Assembly (NCBI GenBank): GCA_964016885.1
Contig: OZ024741.1
Coordinates: 95,914,001 to 95,978,000, forward strand
Reading direction: 5' to 3'
DNA length: 64,000 nucleotides
From: Eledone cirrhosa
Taxonomy: Eukaryota
Shown in pieces: positions 16,021 through 31,556 of this stretch. The notes under the pieces are model-generated. The model ran no database searches and was not told the DNA's origin. It was given only the letters and a program-made list of their open reading frames with translations. The position numbers were made by a program, and so were the translations under genes. Position 1 is the stretch's first letter; each line of letters begins with the position of its first letter.

Positions 16021-17214
16021 ATATATATATATATAAAAAGTTATGAAACGAAAGGAGCTGTGTGGTTACTAAAAACAAGGTTTAGGATGGAGGTTAGGAC
16101 GGAACAGGAGGAGATAGGAAGAAAGGAGTTTCCATCGTCAGCTGTTAATGTATCCCGAACCGATGTTTCGGCGCTGAATTACAGGACATCGGTGTAGTTT
16201 GGGTGCGCCCGAGGCCTTTTATTAATCAAAATACCACATGGAAAAGGAGAGAGTAAGAGAGAAAAAAAAGGAGAGAGAAAAAGAAGAGAGAGGGAAAGGA
16301 GGGAGAACAGGGGGGAGGGGAGGAAGAAGGGGAAAAATAGGAAAGGAATAGAAGAAAAAAGTGTGCAGATCCCATCGTGGGAAGACACAGGTGAAAGAAA
16401 CATGCCAAAATGTAAACGTGAAGAAATAGGGAAAGTAAGTTGTGGCCAACCTGGGAGACTTTAGCCTGGGGGTCAGCTACGACTCAGAGCTAATACGATA
16501 TATATGATTTATTTCATTGTTTTAACTTATATCATGACTCTGTTTTCCTTTTAATGTTTTATTGTTTACTGAGATTTATCTTAACCTACAACATTTTCAA
16601 CATATGGATTACATCGAGTTCTTCATGCAGAATAGACCCCACGACTTACAGTGGATACCTCTGTGTATATATATTTATTCTTATATGTTCTTATATATTT
16701 GAAATTCTTTGTTAATTTCGTTACGTTGTATAACCATAGATTACTGTTTTATATATTTCCCTCTCAGCTTTGAATTTGATCTACTCCAATTCTTAATACT
16801 GAGATACACTTTTCCTTCGCTCTCTCCATATTAGATTCCTATATTTTTTTCACAATATTTACAAATACAAGCCTCTACCTGTGTGTTGTATCCGTTGCAA
16901 TTTATAATCATAGCAGTGTATATAAGAATAACGATAAATAAATACTATAATAATGGTTACGTAAAACTATAGTTTTTAGATCACAAAGACAAGAATTATT
17001 CCGACAAAATGAGCTACAGCAAAGGAAATCCATACAATTACAAGAGAAAGGTCTGCAGTGGCTGTTTTACATAAAATCAGACAAACAATGGAAAATGTTT
17101 CAAAATATGACGCAACTAATGAGGTTGAAGCACACACAATACAAACCAGCAAAACCGAAAAAATGGATGTTAATTGTTCGAAGATGCTCCAGCTCTGGTG
17201 CTGATAAGTGACCA

Positions 17215-17600
17215 AAGAAAGTGTTTTACAGAGAGCTCAAATAATTCCAATCCTAAATTTCATTTATGTTATGATAATGGACTTTTGGTACTATTATCTA
17301 TTCCTTATCCATTCTTAAACCTTGGAGAACTTCTAGCTTTAGTTAACGCAAAAGGTGACAACTTCAGTTCTCACATTCGGGCTTATAATTCAACTTTAGA
17401 ATTAATATCCACATAAACTCACGGGCACTAAGGAAAAACATTAAAATGCCACTAATATGTACACGTAGTAGGATTATAATCGATTAACTTCCAAGGGATT
17501 TGCTCAAATATACCTTTTTGATATTTCACATCAATTGGATCGAAAGATACAAATGTTCAACGCACGAGAGATATCATAGCAATGACATTAAATAATAAGG
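17215..17600 (+). pseudogene. Decayed Helitron Rep/helicase N-terminal fragment
   Basis: PKFHLCYDNG...LGELL...NFSSHIRAYNS and downstream GFAQIYLFD match the Helitron CC..G...LL...F...IR.YNS and AQLY..D motifs. Stops present. Confidence 0.7.
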
Positions 17601-18061
17601 AATTTGTATGTCTATTTCAGGATAACAGAAAAGAATACTTGGATACTGTTAAACTGAAGAATGTTCAATGGTTATTCCTGAAAATAAATAAGTTACGAAA
17701 TTTGGTATCCGAAGATACCAGTGTTCGGCACACTGATGAAAAGTTTGCAGCTACTAACCTAGAAACACTACAGCCGAATCTATTTAATTGGTTACGGAAT
17801 GGAGTACTGTATTTCAAACAGGTTTTATCGTCGATACAAGAAGCAAACAGTTTTTAAGGTGGGTTCTTTCCTACGAGTAGTTTGCAAGGCAACAAAGCAA
17901 CATTCATGTATTCATATCTTACACAGAAAACAATACCAGGCCTTTCACCGTAAACAAAACACTATATCACTGACAAATACGCTATCTTTGAAATGTTCTC
18001 TTTCTCTCTCTTGCTTTCTCCTCTCTCTTCATCTCTGTCTGTCCGTCTGTCTGCCTCTCTT

Positions 18062-18111
<50 letters not shown>

Positions 18112-18265
18112 TATAGATATACAGAGTGAGAGAGGGAGAGCGAGAATGAGAGTGTGAGAGTGAGAAAGTAACGGTTTTGTAATAAACTTTCGTGACGTTT
18201 TCGCTCATAAAACAGAATTTAATACCGACATGGCGGGATGGAAAGAATACCTCCCTCCCACATGC

Positions 18266-18329
<64 letters not shown>

Positions 18330-18356
18330 CACATATATATGCGTGTGTTTGTATAA

Positions 18357-18388
<32 letters not shown>

Positions 18389-18399
18389 TGAGAGAGAAA

Positions 18400-18479
<80 letters not shown>

Positions 18480-18865
18480 GAGAATTACTTCTTCGCTGAA
18501 ATATCCTATGTCTATATTTATCCTTATTTCACCACCAAACAGAGATTAACTGAAATGGATGGCTGTCGCCGGTGGAGGTCCACAAGTTCAAAGGTGAATA
18601 CAAACAATGGAATGTCTTTTGAGTGTGCTTTATCTTTCCTGTGATGTCATGCATGGAGCTTCTGTCATGTTATAGACGCCATATTTTATCTACAGCTAAA
18701 CGAGGTAGCTAACAAATGTCCCAACGAGGGACCAAGTGTAATTCTTCAAGGTTAAAACCATTAGGTAAGTGATATTTTAAGCCGAATTCTGACATAGAAA
18801 GTGTATGTGGAAGAAAATGTATATATATACATGTATATGTATATATATTTAGGGAGAGAGAGAGA

Positions 18866-18959
<94 letters not shown>

Positions 18960-20035
18960 TATGCTTAGCAAAACCTTCCACTGTTAATAAAATACTCCGT
19001 CTTGTTTGCAACCCAGAGACCTACTACATTCTATTCTGTTTAACAGCCATTCGGTATTAGTCTCATCTTAAGATATGGAATATTTAGAGCATTAAGATTG
19101 CAAACCAATTAGATTTGTAAGTAGGTTTTGATTTATCAGCCTGACACACACACAGTCATATCTTGGAAGATGGCTACCTATACGTATGTGGCGAAACCTT
19201 ACATTAACCAAGTCGCTATTGTAGGAAACTAACCCTATTTTCATATTGGCATATTAATATTCATTAATTTCGGCGCCAAATCGCGAAATTTACAAATCAA
19301 CATGACATTCTCTTTTGAAATCAAAGGCAATGTTACAAAGGTAGCCTCTTATTCGGCCACAGATGTCGATAGAAGCTGAGTTGGCTGTAAACACTTTCCG
19401 TCACTGCAGGCTCCACAGTTAAGTTGACTGACAGCTTGTCATAACTATCATCTCTTACTGACCCTAAATTCTTCGCTCACATCATTAGTATATCAGTCTC
19501 TCTTTCAGACCAAAAAAGTGTGTTGTTTACAATTTCGCTTACTCATGATTCTTTTATAGTTAACCTTGTGATTTTCACGAATGAATAAAAAATTTGAACA
19601 TAGTTTTAAATCAAATATTTGACGAAGAAACAAATAATTCTATTTTCGGCAAACAAATGCATGCATTTTCTTCACCTTTGTCAGCCTTTTCGCCAAACCA
19701 TAAATAACGGGCGTAAATTTATAGCATGAAATTTCGTGATTAATACGTACACACATATTACATTCATTACATGATTTTCAACATCATCATGCTCGATATG
19801 TATTTTCCAATGTGTTATCTTAGAAAATATACAGTAGTATCTATTAATTTCTGATAATGTTCTACAGCGTAATGTTTCTTAAACTATCAATATATTGAAC
19901 TACTTAAGTTTATTTTATCTTCGTTCATTTTATCATATATCAGTCCTCAACAATTTACGATACAATATCAAATTTAATAAGTTCACAATTATTCAAGACT
20001 TGAGAGGTTTATACATTACGCATATATAAGTGAAG

Positions 20036-20190
20036 CCGTGTGGCTGAGTGGTTAGAGAATTGGATTCGCAATTGTGAGGTGGTGAGTTCGATTCCCGGGC
20101 CGTAACGATGCGTTATGTCCTTGCGCGAGACACTTTATTTCACGTTGCTCCTTCTACCTTGAGTTGCGACCGGCAGATAGTATTAGCAAT
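20036..20190 (+). mobile_element. tRNA-derived SINE, family 2
   Basis: A-box tggctgagtgg and B-box gagttcgattccc followed by tgtccttg.gc.agacactttatttcacgttgctc, a SINE central-domain-like segment rather than a tRNA 3' acceptor stem. Confidence 0.75.
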
Positions 20191-20452
20191 TGGAAAGACC
20201 CGCGGAAACATTTTTTCCTCAGTCCGATTTAACGAAAGTCGATCGACAAATTTTATATATTTACCAACATCATTATACCAAACCAACATCATTTTTATAC
20301 ATTTGTATAATCCCTTTCTTGTATAATAATCAATTTATGCTAAACGTTCTCACGAACTACATCACACTCGCCTTTTATATATTACTTATTAATTATAACA
20401 TTACTTCTACTAAATTTGTTGGTGCTTTCGTAGCTTTTACAATGTTAAATCC

Positions 20453-21563
<1,111 letters not shown>

Positions 21564-21989
21564 TGAAAATTGAACTGATATTACTTTTTACGCCAGTCAT
21601 ATGTATGCTTATGGTTGATGTGCATTTTCTCCAAAAATTCCCTTTCCGTTCTTTCCTCTTCTTACACTATATCTTTCAATTTCTTCTTTTATTTCTCATA
21701 TTATCTTCTGATAAAGAACTCGTGTCCGAAACGTCTAGAGATTTCTGACTGTATCAAGCGTTAAATTAATATATTCTTCCTTCTACTGTATTGTTTGCTT
21801 AGTTGTATCCGTTTACTTTACGTATATATGTATACATATCTAGACACACACACAAATACACACATACATAGATACATACACACACACGTATATATGTGTG
21901 TGTGTATGTGTGTGTCTGTGTGTGTGTGTGCGTGCACGCGTATAAATATATTCATACTTGTACTTATAGATATATGAATAAATGTGTAC

Positions 21990-22084
<95 letters not shown>

Positions 22085-22269
22085 TTTAATGTATAATAAA
22101 CAATACAGTATAATTACCTCATTAGTTGTATCCATTTACTTTACGTATATATGTATACATACCTATATACACACACAAATACACACACACATACATAGAT
22201 ACATACACACACACACACATACACAGATATATATGTGTGTGTGTATGTATGTGTCTATGTATGATTATA

Positions 22270-22368
22270 CGGTATTGTTTATGATACATTAAATATTTAG
22301 CTCTGTAACTTACATAGAGCACTCTTCATTCCTCTTACTTTTTCAAATTTCAACGGAAACTTCAATAC
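22270..22368. repeat. Dispersed repeat with an inverted copy at 42314-42410
   Basis: ttacatagagcactcttca...caacggaaacttcaatact is the reverse complement of agtattgaagtttccgttg...gaagagtgctctatgtaag. Confidence 0.85.
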
Positions 22369-22432
22369 TTATATATATATATATACATATACCTTTATAT
22401 ATATATATATATGTGCATGCATATATATATAC

Positions 22433-22493
<61 letters not shown>

Positions 22494-22874
22494 TGCATAT
22501 ATATATATATAAGTATAGATAAATGTATATATATATATATATGTATACACACATATATATATATTTATATATAAGTTTATGTGCATGTGTGAGCTAACAT
22601 CCCCAGTTACCAAACGAGGCAGGCAATAGAGGTTGTAATGACTAAATAAATAAGACGGTAAATCCTTCGAGGAAAGAACCATATCTGACAATTTTGGAGT
22701 AAGCAAAAAGAACACCAACAACAACAAAATGAACAACAACAAGAAGAAAAAAGTAAAAAGAAAAGCAAATCTAGTTTAGTGGATGCCATAAACAAATCTA
22801 GTTTCCCTTTATAATTATAGCAAAGCTGTCAGTCTCATGTAAGTTACCATATACATATGTGTGCGTACATACAC

Positions 22875-22956
<82 letters not shown>

Positions 22957-23054
22957 GTATGCATTCATACTTATACACATATACACACACAGACACACAC
23001 ACACACATATATATATGTACGCATTCAATACTTATACACATACACACACACACA

Positions 23055-23104
<50 letters not shown>

Positions 23105-23376
23105 CCTACATATATATATATATATATATATACATACCTACATACACAGATGCATAGATGCATACATAACATACAATCATAGATACATACGTGCTTACGT
23201 ATATGTATATGTATATGTATATGTATATATACACGTGTGTGTGTATATATGCATGTGCATATATATATATATATATGTGAGTGTATATATATGCGCGTAT
23301 ATATATATGTATGTATGCATTTGTATGTATGCATGTATGTGTTTATGTATCTCTCTCTCTATATATATATGAAGAT

Positions 23377-23516
23377 ATAGGAAAATGTTTGACCCCGACG
23401 GCAGAGCTCAAGCCGTTTCGACGGGTATTTCAGGACTAAATAGTCCAGACTGTTTAGTCCAGAAATAGCCGTCGTAACGGCTTGAGCTCTGCCGTCGGGG
23501 TCATACTTTTTCCTAT
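23377..23516. repeat. GC-rich near-perfect hairpin (MITE-like foldback)
   Basis: tgaccccgacggcagagctcaagccgtt ... aacggcttgagctctgccgtcggggtca, pairing inward to a 2-nt centre with few mismatches. Confidence 0.9.
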
Positions 23517-23635
23517 TACCCACTCTATACCCGAAGGATTGAGTACTCTGGTGCGTTATGGTCCATCTGGTTCCTTACCACATCTCCTTCGTTATATATG
23601 AAGATAGCTAGATAAATATATGGATAGATAGTTAT

Positions 23636-23674
<39 letters not shown>

Positions 23675-23954
23675 TTTATATATATATTTATATATACATT
23701 TATATATACATTTATATATATATATCCAAGCATACATTGATGCACACATAGCTTACACATTTCTCTTTGCCTACTCCTACTTTATCTTTAGCTGTGGTGG
23801 TGTCAGGGATTGTCTGGTGTAATTAAAGGTAGCTGAAACTATACACAGATACACGGAACAAAAAAAGTAAAAATAACAAAGACCAGACCTTATCAACAAC
23901 AACAACAACATCAACAACATAGGGGCATTAAAAAGGTTCTGAAGACAGAGTTAG

Positions 23955-23989
<35 letters not shown>

Positions 23990-23991
23990 TG

Positions 23992-24022
<31 letters not shown>

Positions 24023-24069
24023 GTATATATATATGTATATATATAGACGTTAAACGATGATGATGATAA

Positions 24070-24113
<44 letters not shown>

Positions 24114-24199
24114 GCATATATATACACATACACAGACACACACGCACTTATATATATATATATATATACGTGTATGTATATATGTATATATATATATAC

Positions 24200-24239
<40 letters not shown>

Positions 24240-24262
24240 GTCTGCGTATGTGTATATATAAG

Positions 24263-24333
<71 letters not shown>

Positions 24334-25068
24334 GCATATATATACACATACACAGACACACACACACACATATATATACACACATACATATATACATACA
24401 TACATACATACATACATACATACACGTATATATATATATATATATACGTTACTATACATACATAATTACAGACAGACACACACAAACACGTAGTCACATC
24501 ATGTCCACGCCCACACACACACACATATCTTTACATACATAAAATACGTACACACATACACAGGCATATATATATATCATCCTGTTATATAACAATCTGT
24601 CTATCCCGCAATTGTCCAGTGGAAAATCCAGTTTTAGAGAAGAAGTCTGGTCACGTACATGATAGAAGACCAGGATAATGGTTGTAGTAGTTGTGAAGCG
24701 TGGATGGTGATGGTAGTGATTGGAAAGGATTTCCATAATGTCCGTAGGGGGATATTGCTGATTGGCTAGACTTTAAGGTAGCGTCCAGATAAGCTAATGG
24801 CAATTGGGTTTATGTAGATCTGAGAACAGATGGTATGGTGCAGCGTTGAGGAGAATACTATATGTGCTGTAAATAGTTTGAAGGTGGTGGTAGGTATAGT
24901 AGTGTTTTGTGTAGTGGTAATGGGGTTAGAGTAGTTCTTTTGATGAAGGAATTGATCTGTGGTATGAAAGTAGATTTTGGTTTAGAGAAAATGATAACGT
25001 TGTTCGTATCTCTTTCTTTCTCTGTTCTACCCCTCTTTCTTTCTGTGTGTGTGTGTACGTACGTACGT

Positions 25069-25121
<53 letters not shown>

Positions 25122-26204
25122 TGCGTGTGTGTGTGTGTGTGCGTGTGTGCGTGCGTGCTTGTGAAAAAGATGAGGTGGAGGAGTAGATAAGATGGACTAT
25201 ACATGTTAGTAAGGTTTTGTGTAGGAGGATGAAAGTAGGTTTGTGGTGAGGGCGAAAAATAGGTGACTATGAGGATTGAAAATTGAGACTTTAGCGATGA
25301 TAGAAGTCTCTTAGGATTGTAGGAGTTTATTGAGGAAGATAAGAATTGGGAGTGGAGCTTAGGGTGGTTTTGAGAAAGAGATGAGAAAAGACGATTGAAA
25401 ATCCTAAATAGTGGAGCAGGTAGGGGTTGTGAGGATAGTAGTTGGTTGTGATTGGGTGAATGTATGTTTGAGAATCGTGAGGGTGGATCTATGTTAAGTA
25501 TGAAAATATTGACGTTCGGGGTAGGAATTTGTGGTGTGGATTGGACAGTTGGAGGCATGATAAAGATGAGTTTAAAAGGTGAACCGATTCGTTTATCTGT
25601 CTGTAAGAGGTCGATGAGATAGGAGCTACACCCTTTTCCTATGAAGTTGGTTTGTGATAAACAACCTGTATATATTATTTACCATTACCTGATTAGTGTT
25701 TCTTGTGGTTGCTGTTGGTTTGTTGTTGATATTGTGGTTTATTTCCAGGCCATATTTTCATCGAGCAGATTTATGATCAAATGTGCTCCAAGCATGATCA
25801 TCCAACCTTTGTTTTTGACATTGGGTATCTAGGATTACACCATCCAATCTTTCTTTCTTCCTTTATTTAAGATGACAGGGATAGTGACTTAGTAAAGGTT
25901 ATCTTTTGATAAGATGTTACTGTTGTTTTGTAACGCTAGTTCAAACACCGTGTTTGTTTAAGGCTTATTGTATCCAGGATTCCATTATTCTGGGTACAAT
26001 TTCTCTTTATCTTTGAATACGATAAGATGTGATTTGAAGGATTATTGTCTACTATTTCAAATAGTTTAAAGGATCACGTTGAGGCTCTCTAAGTAAATGA
26101 TGTCAGTGATGATTATGGACAGTGGTATAGGTGTACGATTCTGTTGTATGAACTATTTACAAACTTAAAATTCTAGTATTGTAGTTATTATTCTGCCCCA
26201 AGTT

Positions 26205-26602
26205 AGGTGGTGGATTGACAGACTCGTCAGAACATCTGTCGAAACGCTTTGCGGTCTTTATACCGGCTCTTTACATTCCGAGTTCAAATCCCACCGCAGT
26301 CAGTTTTGCTTTTCATCCATCCGAGGTCGATAAAGACAACTACTGGGGCCGGCATAATCAACATTCCCCAATTAGAAATCATTATTTTGCCCCAGATCGG
26401 TGAATTGGCAGTATCGGTAGAGCGTCGGACAACATGCTTTGCAGCATAGAGTTACGGCCCTCTACGGTCTGAGTTCAAATACCGCCGATGTTAACGTTGC
26501 CTTTCATCCAAAATAAAGCACCAGTAACGTACTGGGGTTGATTTAATCGACTTTCCCATCCCCCAAATTGCTGGCCTTGTGCCTATACTAGAAATCATTA
26601 TT
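26205..26602 (+). mobile_element. Two tandem family-1 SINEs
   Basis: B-boxes gagttcaaat at about 26280 and 26471, each followed by ctttcatcc and ending tagaaatcattattttgcccca. Confidence 0.8.
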
Positions 26603-27264
26603 TTGCCCCAGGGCAATTCTGATCGATCAGGCAATAGTTTATATTTCATATCAGGAACTATACTGTCGAGTGTATCTCTCTTTAAGATGGCCGGTCGTGA
26701 TTTGTTTTTTTATAGACGCAGACATATATGAAGAAGTTCACTTTACAATCAAGCGGTTCCAGATTCGAACTCACTGCTAGATAAATGTCTTGTACGATAG
26801 TGTTTAGTGTCGACAGAAGCTTTTCGAATGAAATTAAATACACGAATGGATTCTACTTCTAATTCAAAGGTCAGTCACGTCGCACAGTGCCTCACACTCA
26901 TTCTTCATGAAGATTAATTTAAAGGTTCACGTGCCTGAAGAATACTCAGCCACTTACACAATAATTCAGTGAGAAGCTAGTCCAGTTGTTCGAACAACTG
27001 GAATCCATTTACCTCATATTAATTTATTATAACGTGTTATTCTATATAGAGAGAATAACGTCGCCATCATTGCGAATAGAATTTTAATAACGATGGTGAT
27101 GGTGATGGTACTACTGTATAGGAAGGTGATGAATGTAACAAAGCTTAGAGATTGGAATTAGTATTGATGGTAATGGTAAGAGAGTTGTGACCTTGTTGTG
27201 TTAATCATGATGATGGTTAGTTGAGCCTATAAAGTAAAGGTTGTTTTAAATGCATATAATGCTG

Positions 27265-27682
27265 ATTTCTAAATTTGGCAAAAGGCCAGCAAATTTTAGG
27301 GAAAGGGGAAATCTGATTAAATCAAGCCCAATGTTTAACTGGTATTTTATTTTATAGACCACAGAAGGATAAAAAGCAAAATAAAATCATTATCGGGGTT
27401 TGAACAAGAACACATGCTACAATGGCATTTTACCGATTGCGCTACCAATTCTGCCACTCCACAACCCTCTTGTAAAATTAGTTTCTGATTTAGGTACATG
27501 GCCAACAATTTGGGGGATGGGGAAAGTCGATTAAATCGGCCCCAGTGCATTACTGGTACTTTATTTTATCGATCCCGTAAGGCAAAGCTAACCTCGGCAG
27601 GATTTGGACACAGAATATAAAGGGCCGTAACTCTGTGCCATAAAGAATGTTGTCCGACGTTCCACCGATACTGCCAATCCTA
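27265..27682 (-). mobile_element. Two tandem family-1 SINEs, reverse orientation
   Basis: Reverse-complement cores ctggta.tttattttat.gacc at about 27340 and 27553. Head ccgatactgccaatcc at about 27665. Confidence 0.78.
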
Positions 27683-28851
27683 TATTGATTGATGTTTAGT
27701 ATACTGCCAATCCTATATTGAGGTTTAGTATTTATGATGGTAATAGTGTTGATACTTGTGCTACTGTTGTTGATGGCATTGGTAAGCATGTTGTTCAACT
27801 TCAGATTAATCCTAATTGAAGAGATCTGTGAACAAAGGTATTTCAACAAAAGTTATTCGTCTTTTTAGAGGTATATGTATGGAATTATCCAGTATGTCCT
27901 TTCTTTTTCCAAGAGAGTAATGTGTGATTTGAGGGAAATCTGGCTGCTATTTCTTGCAGGTAGGGCTACCAGTTAGCTCATTGTTGACTCGGTAGTAGGG
28001 GTGGTGATGGATATGGATTGATATAACAACAACGGTATTAACGGGATGGTGGTAGTTTTGGTGATGATGAGGATGATTGTAAGAGTGATGTATGGGGGAT
28101 CATGCTGGTGTTACAGACAATTGTAGTGTAGTCTAAAAGACTCTGATTTCAATACAGTGTATCCTGGACAACACTGCACAGTATGTTTATTTTCAAGATG
28201 GTGGTGTTCTTTGACGGAAATTTTGCTGCCATTTCTAAAAGGGTGAGTAACCAGATCGAGGCTCAGTCGTTGATTCGAGTTCTCTCGAGTAAATTATGAC
28301 AGTAATTGATATAATAAGTGTTTGTTAGTTACGTTGATAGTAATAGGATCATAATGTTTAACATGTTGCAGTTGGTAGCGTTGGTTAAATAAACTGTGGT
28401 GGTAATCTAAACTATAATAAAATAAGAAGTGCGAGACTGCATACGGTTTATAATTTTTTTATCCACTTAGTAAAGTAAGTTGGATTACTTTGAATAAATA
28501 ATGAATGGATATTACATAATTTATCTACTAAATTTCGTGGCTGTTCATTAAATATATTTTATTACTTATTTAAAGATTCACTTCTTTAAAATTTTCACAT
28601 GTCAACACTTCCGGTTAGCGATCGTTTAAATAAACATTCATATATTTCTGTCACTAATTTTCTCCTAATGCAGTTTATATATAATATCGTCTTTTTTTAA
28701 TGTATCATGGATTACATTACTGATTACATAAGAGAGTGTAACACAGTCTTCGTTCAATTTCTGTGTATATTGTCAATTACGATTTTATTTGATGTATCAT
28801 ATCTACATGCATATATACCTGCGTATAATATCAATATACACACTACACATG

Positions 28852-28890
28852 CTAGCAGAAAACCACCAGAAGGGTGGTTTTTCTGCTAGT
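28852..28890. other. Short palindrome resembling a Helitron 3' end (hairpin then CTAG-T)
   Basis: ctagcagaaaaccacc-agaag-ggtggtttttctgctag-t. Confidence 0.4.
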
Positions 28891-29371
28891 ACTTTTAATG
28901 TTGATGGTATTCATATCAGCCTTTCAGCTGAATGCTAAAGTCAGATTATAATAAACAGAATGACATATAACAATATATAACAATCCGATCATCCAGTCAT
29001 CTATGTTTACATAGAATAGGACTAAAACATCATTCTGAAAACGATACCATAATATCATGATTATACTTAAAGCGAAGGTCAGCTAAACGCAGATTAATTC
29101 TGATTAAGCCAGATGGGATCAGGTGAGGTTATATGAGGGTCAGATGATATCTCAATAACAAAAGAATTGGATACGAGAGTTGGTATTGCTTTACATCCTA
29201 CTTTCACCGTTTGTAATAAATAAATATCATAAGATGTTACACCCTTAATATTCGGGTTTATGTTTCGTTCATCATCTGTAAGTGATAAGGCTTATTGCCT
29301 ATTCTATATTTATGATGTTTTAACATGAAATCATAGACGCTACATTATAACCTGTTATTTTCGTTTGGATT

Positions 29372-29402
29372 ATATCTATCTATCTATTTATTTATCTATC
29401 TG

Positions 29403-29497
<95 letters not shown>
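29372..29497 (+). repeat. (TATC)n microsatellite, 5' flank of retrotransposon cluster 1
   Basis: Directly visible; abuts copy A. Confidence 0.97.
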
Positions 29498-29701
29498 CGG
29501 AGAAGATAGACGTGTGTTTGTTTCGCTCCTGCATTTTGTCGGAATTTATTACGAGAGGCGGTAGGTTTGTTTAAGTAACTTGTTATTTGTTGTATTTAAA
29601 CCCTCGCCTGGGCCTGCAGACGTTGGGTAAAATAAATTTCGCCCCTTTTTGGGGCGAAATTTAATAGTTATAATTTGTCGATAAAAAGTCGTTTAGTGAC
29701 A

Positions 29702-31513
29702 ATGGACGCCATTAATACGACGCATGCCACGCCCCCCAAGGAAAGTGACAGAGAGAAGGTAGCAGAACAACGCTGTAAGCCTTCCCTCCTCACTGCCGCA
29801 AAAGACACCACGGAATCAAAAGAAAAAATTGTGGAATTGGGTGAAAACCCCAAAAGTAACAATTACACAAACAAGAACAACAATGACAATAATAACACAA
29901 CCAACAAAAGCAACAATGACAATAACAACACAACCAACAACAGCAACAATGACAACACCAACAACGGAAAAAAGCAAGCCAACACGAATAACAACAACAA
30001 CAATGATAACAACACGAAAGAAAACGGACCCACAGCTGCAGTCTCCTTCGCACAGGCAGTCCGAGAAACGCAGACATACAAGGCACTGGACATCTCGATT
30101 GCCAAGAAATTGCTGAAAGAAGCAAGGAATTGTGTAAATTTCGAGGAAGGTGGGGAATTCACAATTACCTCCCCCGAAGAAATTAGAAGGGACACAGTCC
30201 CCAGGACTGTAATCTATAGGACAGTTTCGAACACGACTAGGAAACCGGCTCAATTGTCTCAAAGCGAAATTGAGCTGGTCCTAAGCAGTGCCTGGAAGGA
30301 TATCGATTTCATACAGAAAGGGAAACTGTATGGAAGCATATCTGTTTTAATGCAGGTTGAATTGGCGGCACGGAAATATTCTGTGTCGCCAATTGTATCC
30401 AAAGCATACACATTTTTCCCCACATATTTGGGGAAAAGAACTCAAAAGATAAGAATCTCGAGCATCAGGCCAAATGCGAGCATTTGATGGGTGCTAACGG
30501 GATTCTTAGAAGATGAGGACACAATCTTTTCGATAGGCGAATCCACCGGGGGCGTATTCGGCGGCAATAGCCTTGAAGTTCTGGTCCAAATGAGACCAGA
30601 ACGGATAGCAAGAATACCGCCGCGTGTGTCCCTGGACGGAGTCGCCTTCTTAAACATTTCTGTTGAGGGCAGGAGGCCTTCATGCTACCACTGTTCAAGA
30701 AGTGGTCACCTGAGGGCTTCCTGTCCTATTTTAAATGCCCCCCACAAAAAAAGACGCTTCTGCCCACCCCACACACAACAACACAACCACCACCACCACA
30801 ACAACAACCACAACAACACGAAAAAATAACAACACAAGACACTGTCCCACCCAACCCCTCCCCACCTAAAAAAAATACAAAAGAAAACACAACAAAACCC
30901 CAAAATATACCCGTCCCCAACAACACGGACGAGGACCCCTTATCGACGTCACCCAGTGACGACGAGGGAGAACCCTTTCAACCTGTAAAACGAAAGAAAA
31001 GAAGGCACCACATTAACAAAAATGCAACAAACACACAACCACCAGCACAAACAGAACAAACATCACAAACAAAAAACCCACCCCTCCCGAAAACATAACA
31101 CATACTACAAAACACAATCACACAAGAACAACAAACAAAAACAAACACAACACAACAAAAACAGTATACATACATCAACACAAACAACAAAACACTTGTG
31201 CAAACAATAGACAAAGACGAAGGGAAAAAATTCACCAACGCGGCGACTGAACCGCATTTAAAAATGATTAGGGTCCCAAAGGACACCTACGCAATGCTCA
31301 AAACCTTTCCCGATGACGTGGGGAACCCCTGTACTAGACCTAGCAACCGCGTCCTCTTGAAATATTTCCCCAGCACCACCCCAGACACCCCTTCCCCACC
31401 AAACACCCCCACCCCACCACACACTGATGACCCCACCACACCCCCCACCAAACAACCCCACCGACACCCCCATGGAAATTGTGCAGCCTGGTCCCCAGGA
31501 GACGGACAGGTAG
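29702..31513 (+). pseudogene. Copy A ORF1, gag-like CCHC zinc-knuckle protein, disrupted
   Basis: ATG at 29702 and knuckle CYHCSRSGHLRASC. Premature TGA at 30485 plus frameshifts. The homologous frame ends PMEIVQPGPQETDR-TAG at 31513. Confidence 0.88.
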
Positions 31514-31556
31514 GTGTCTTTTCCTTTTTCTCCACTCAAAACTCTTCACCACCAAC

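Noticed and set aside
19050-19500. Unique AT-rich stretch with TCF/SOX/homeodomain-like short motifs, possible enhancer
   Set aside because: Short motifs are expected by chance, and conservation cannot be assessed here.
20036-20105. tRNA gene
   Set aside because: Has A and B boxes but no closing acceptor stem and continues into SINE body sequence.
24600-25620. Minus-strand 210-aa ORF and neighbouring frames, possibly a decayed LINE ORF1
   Set aside because: Composition suggests an old transposon remnant but no diagnostic motif could be identified.
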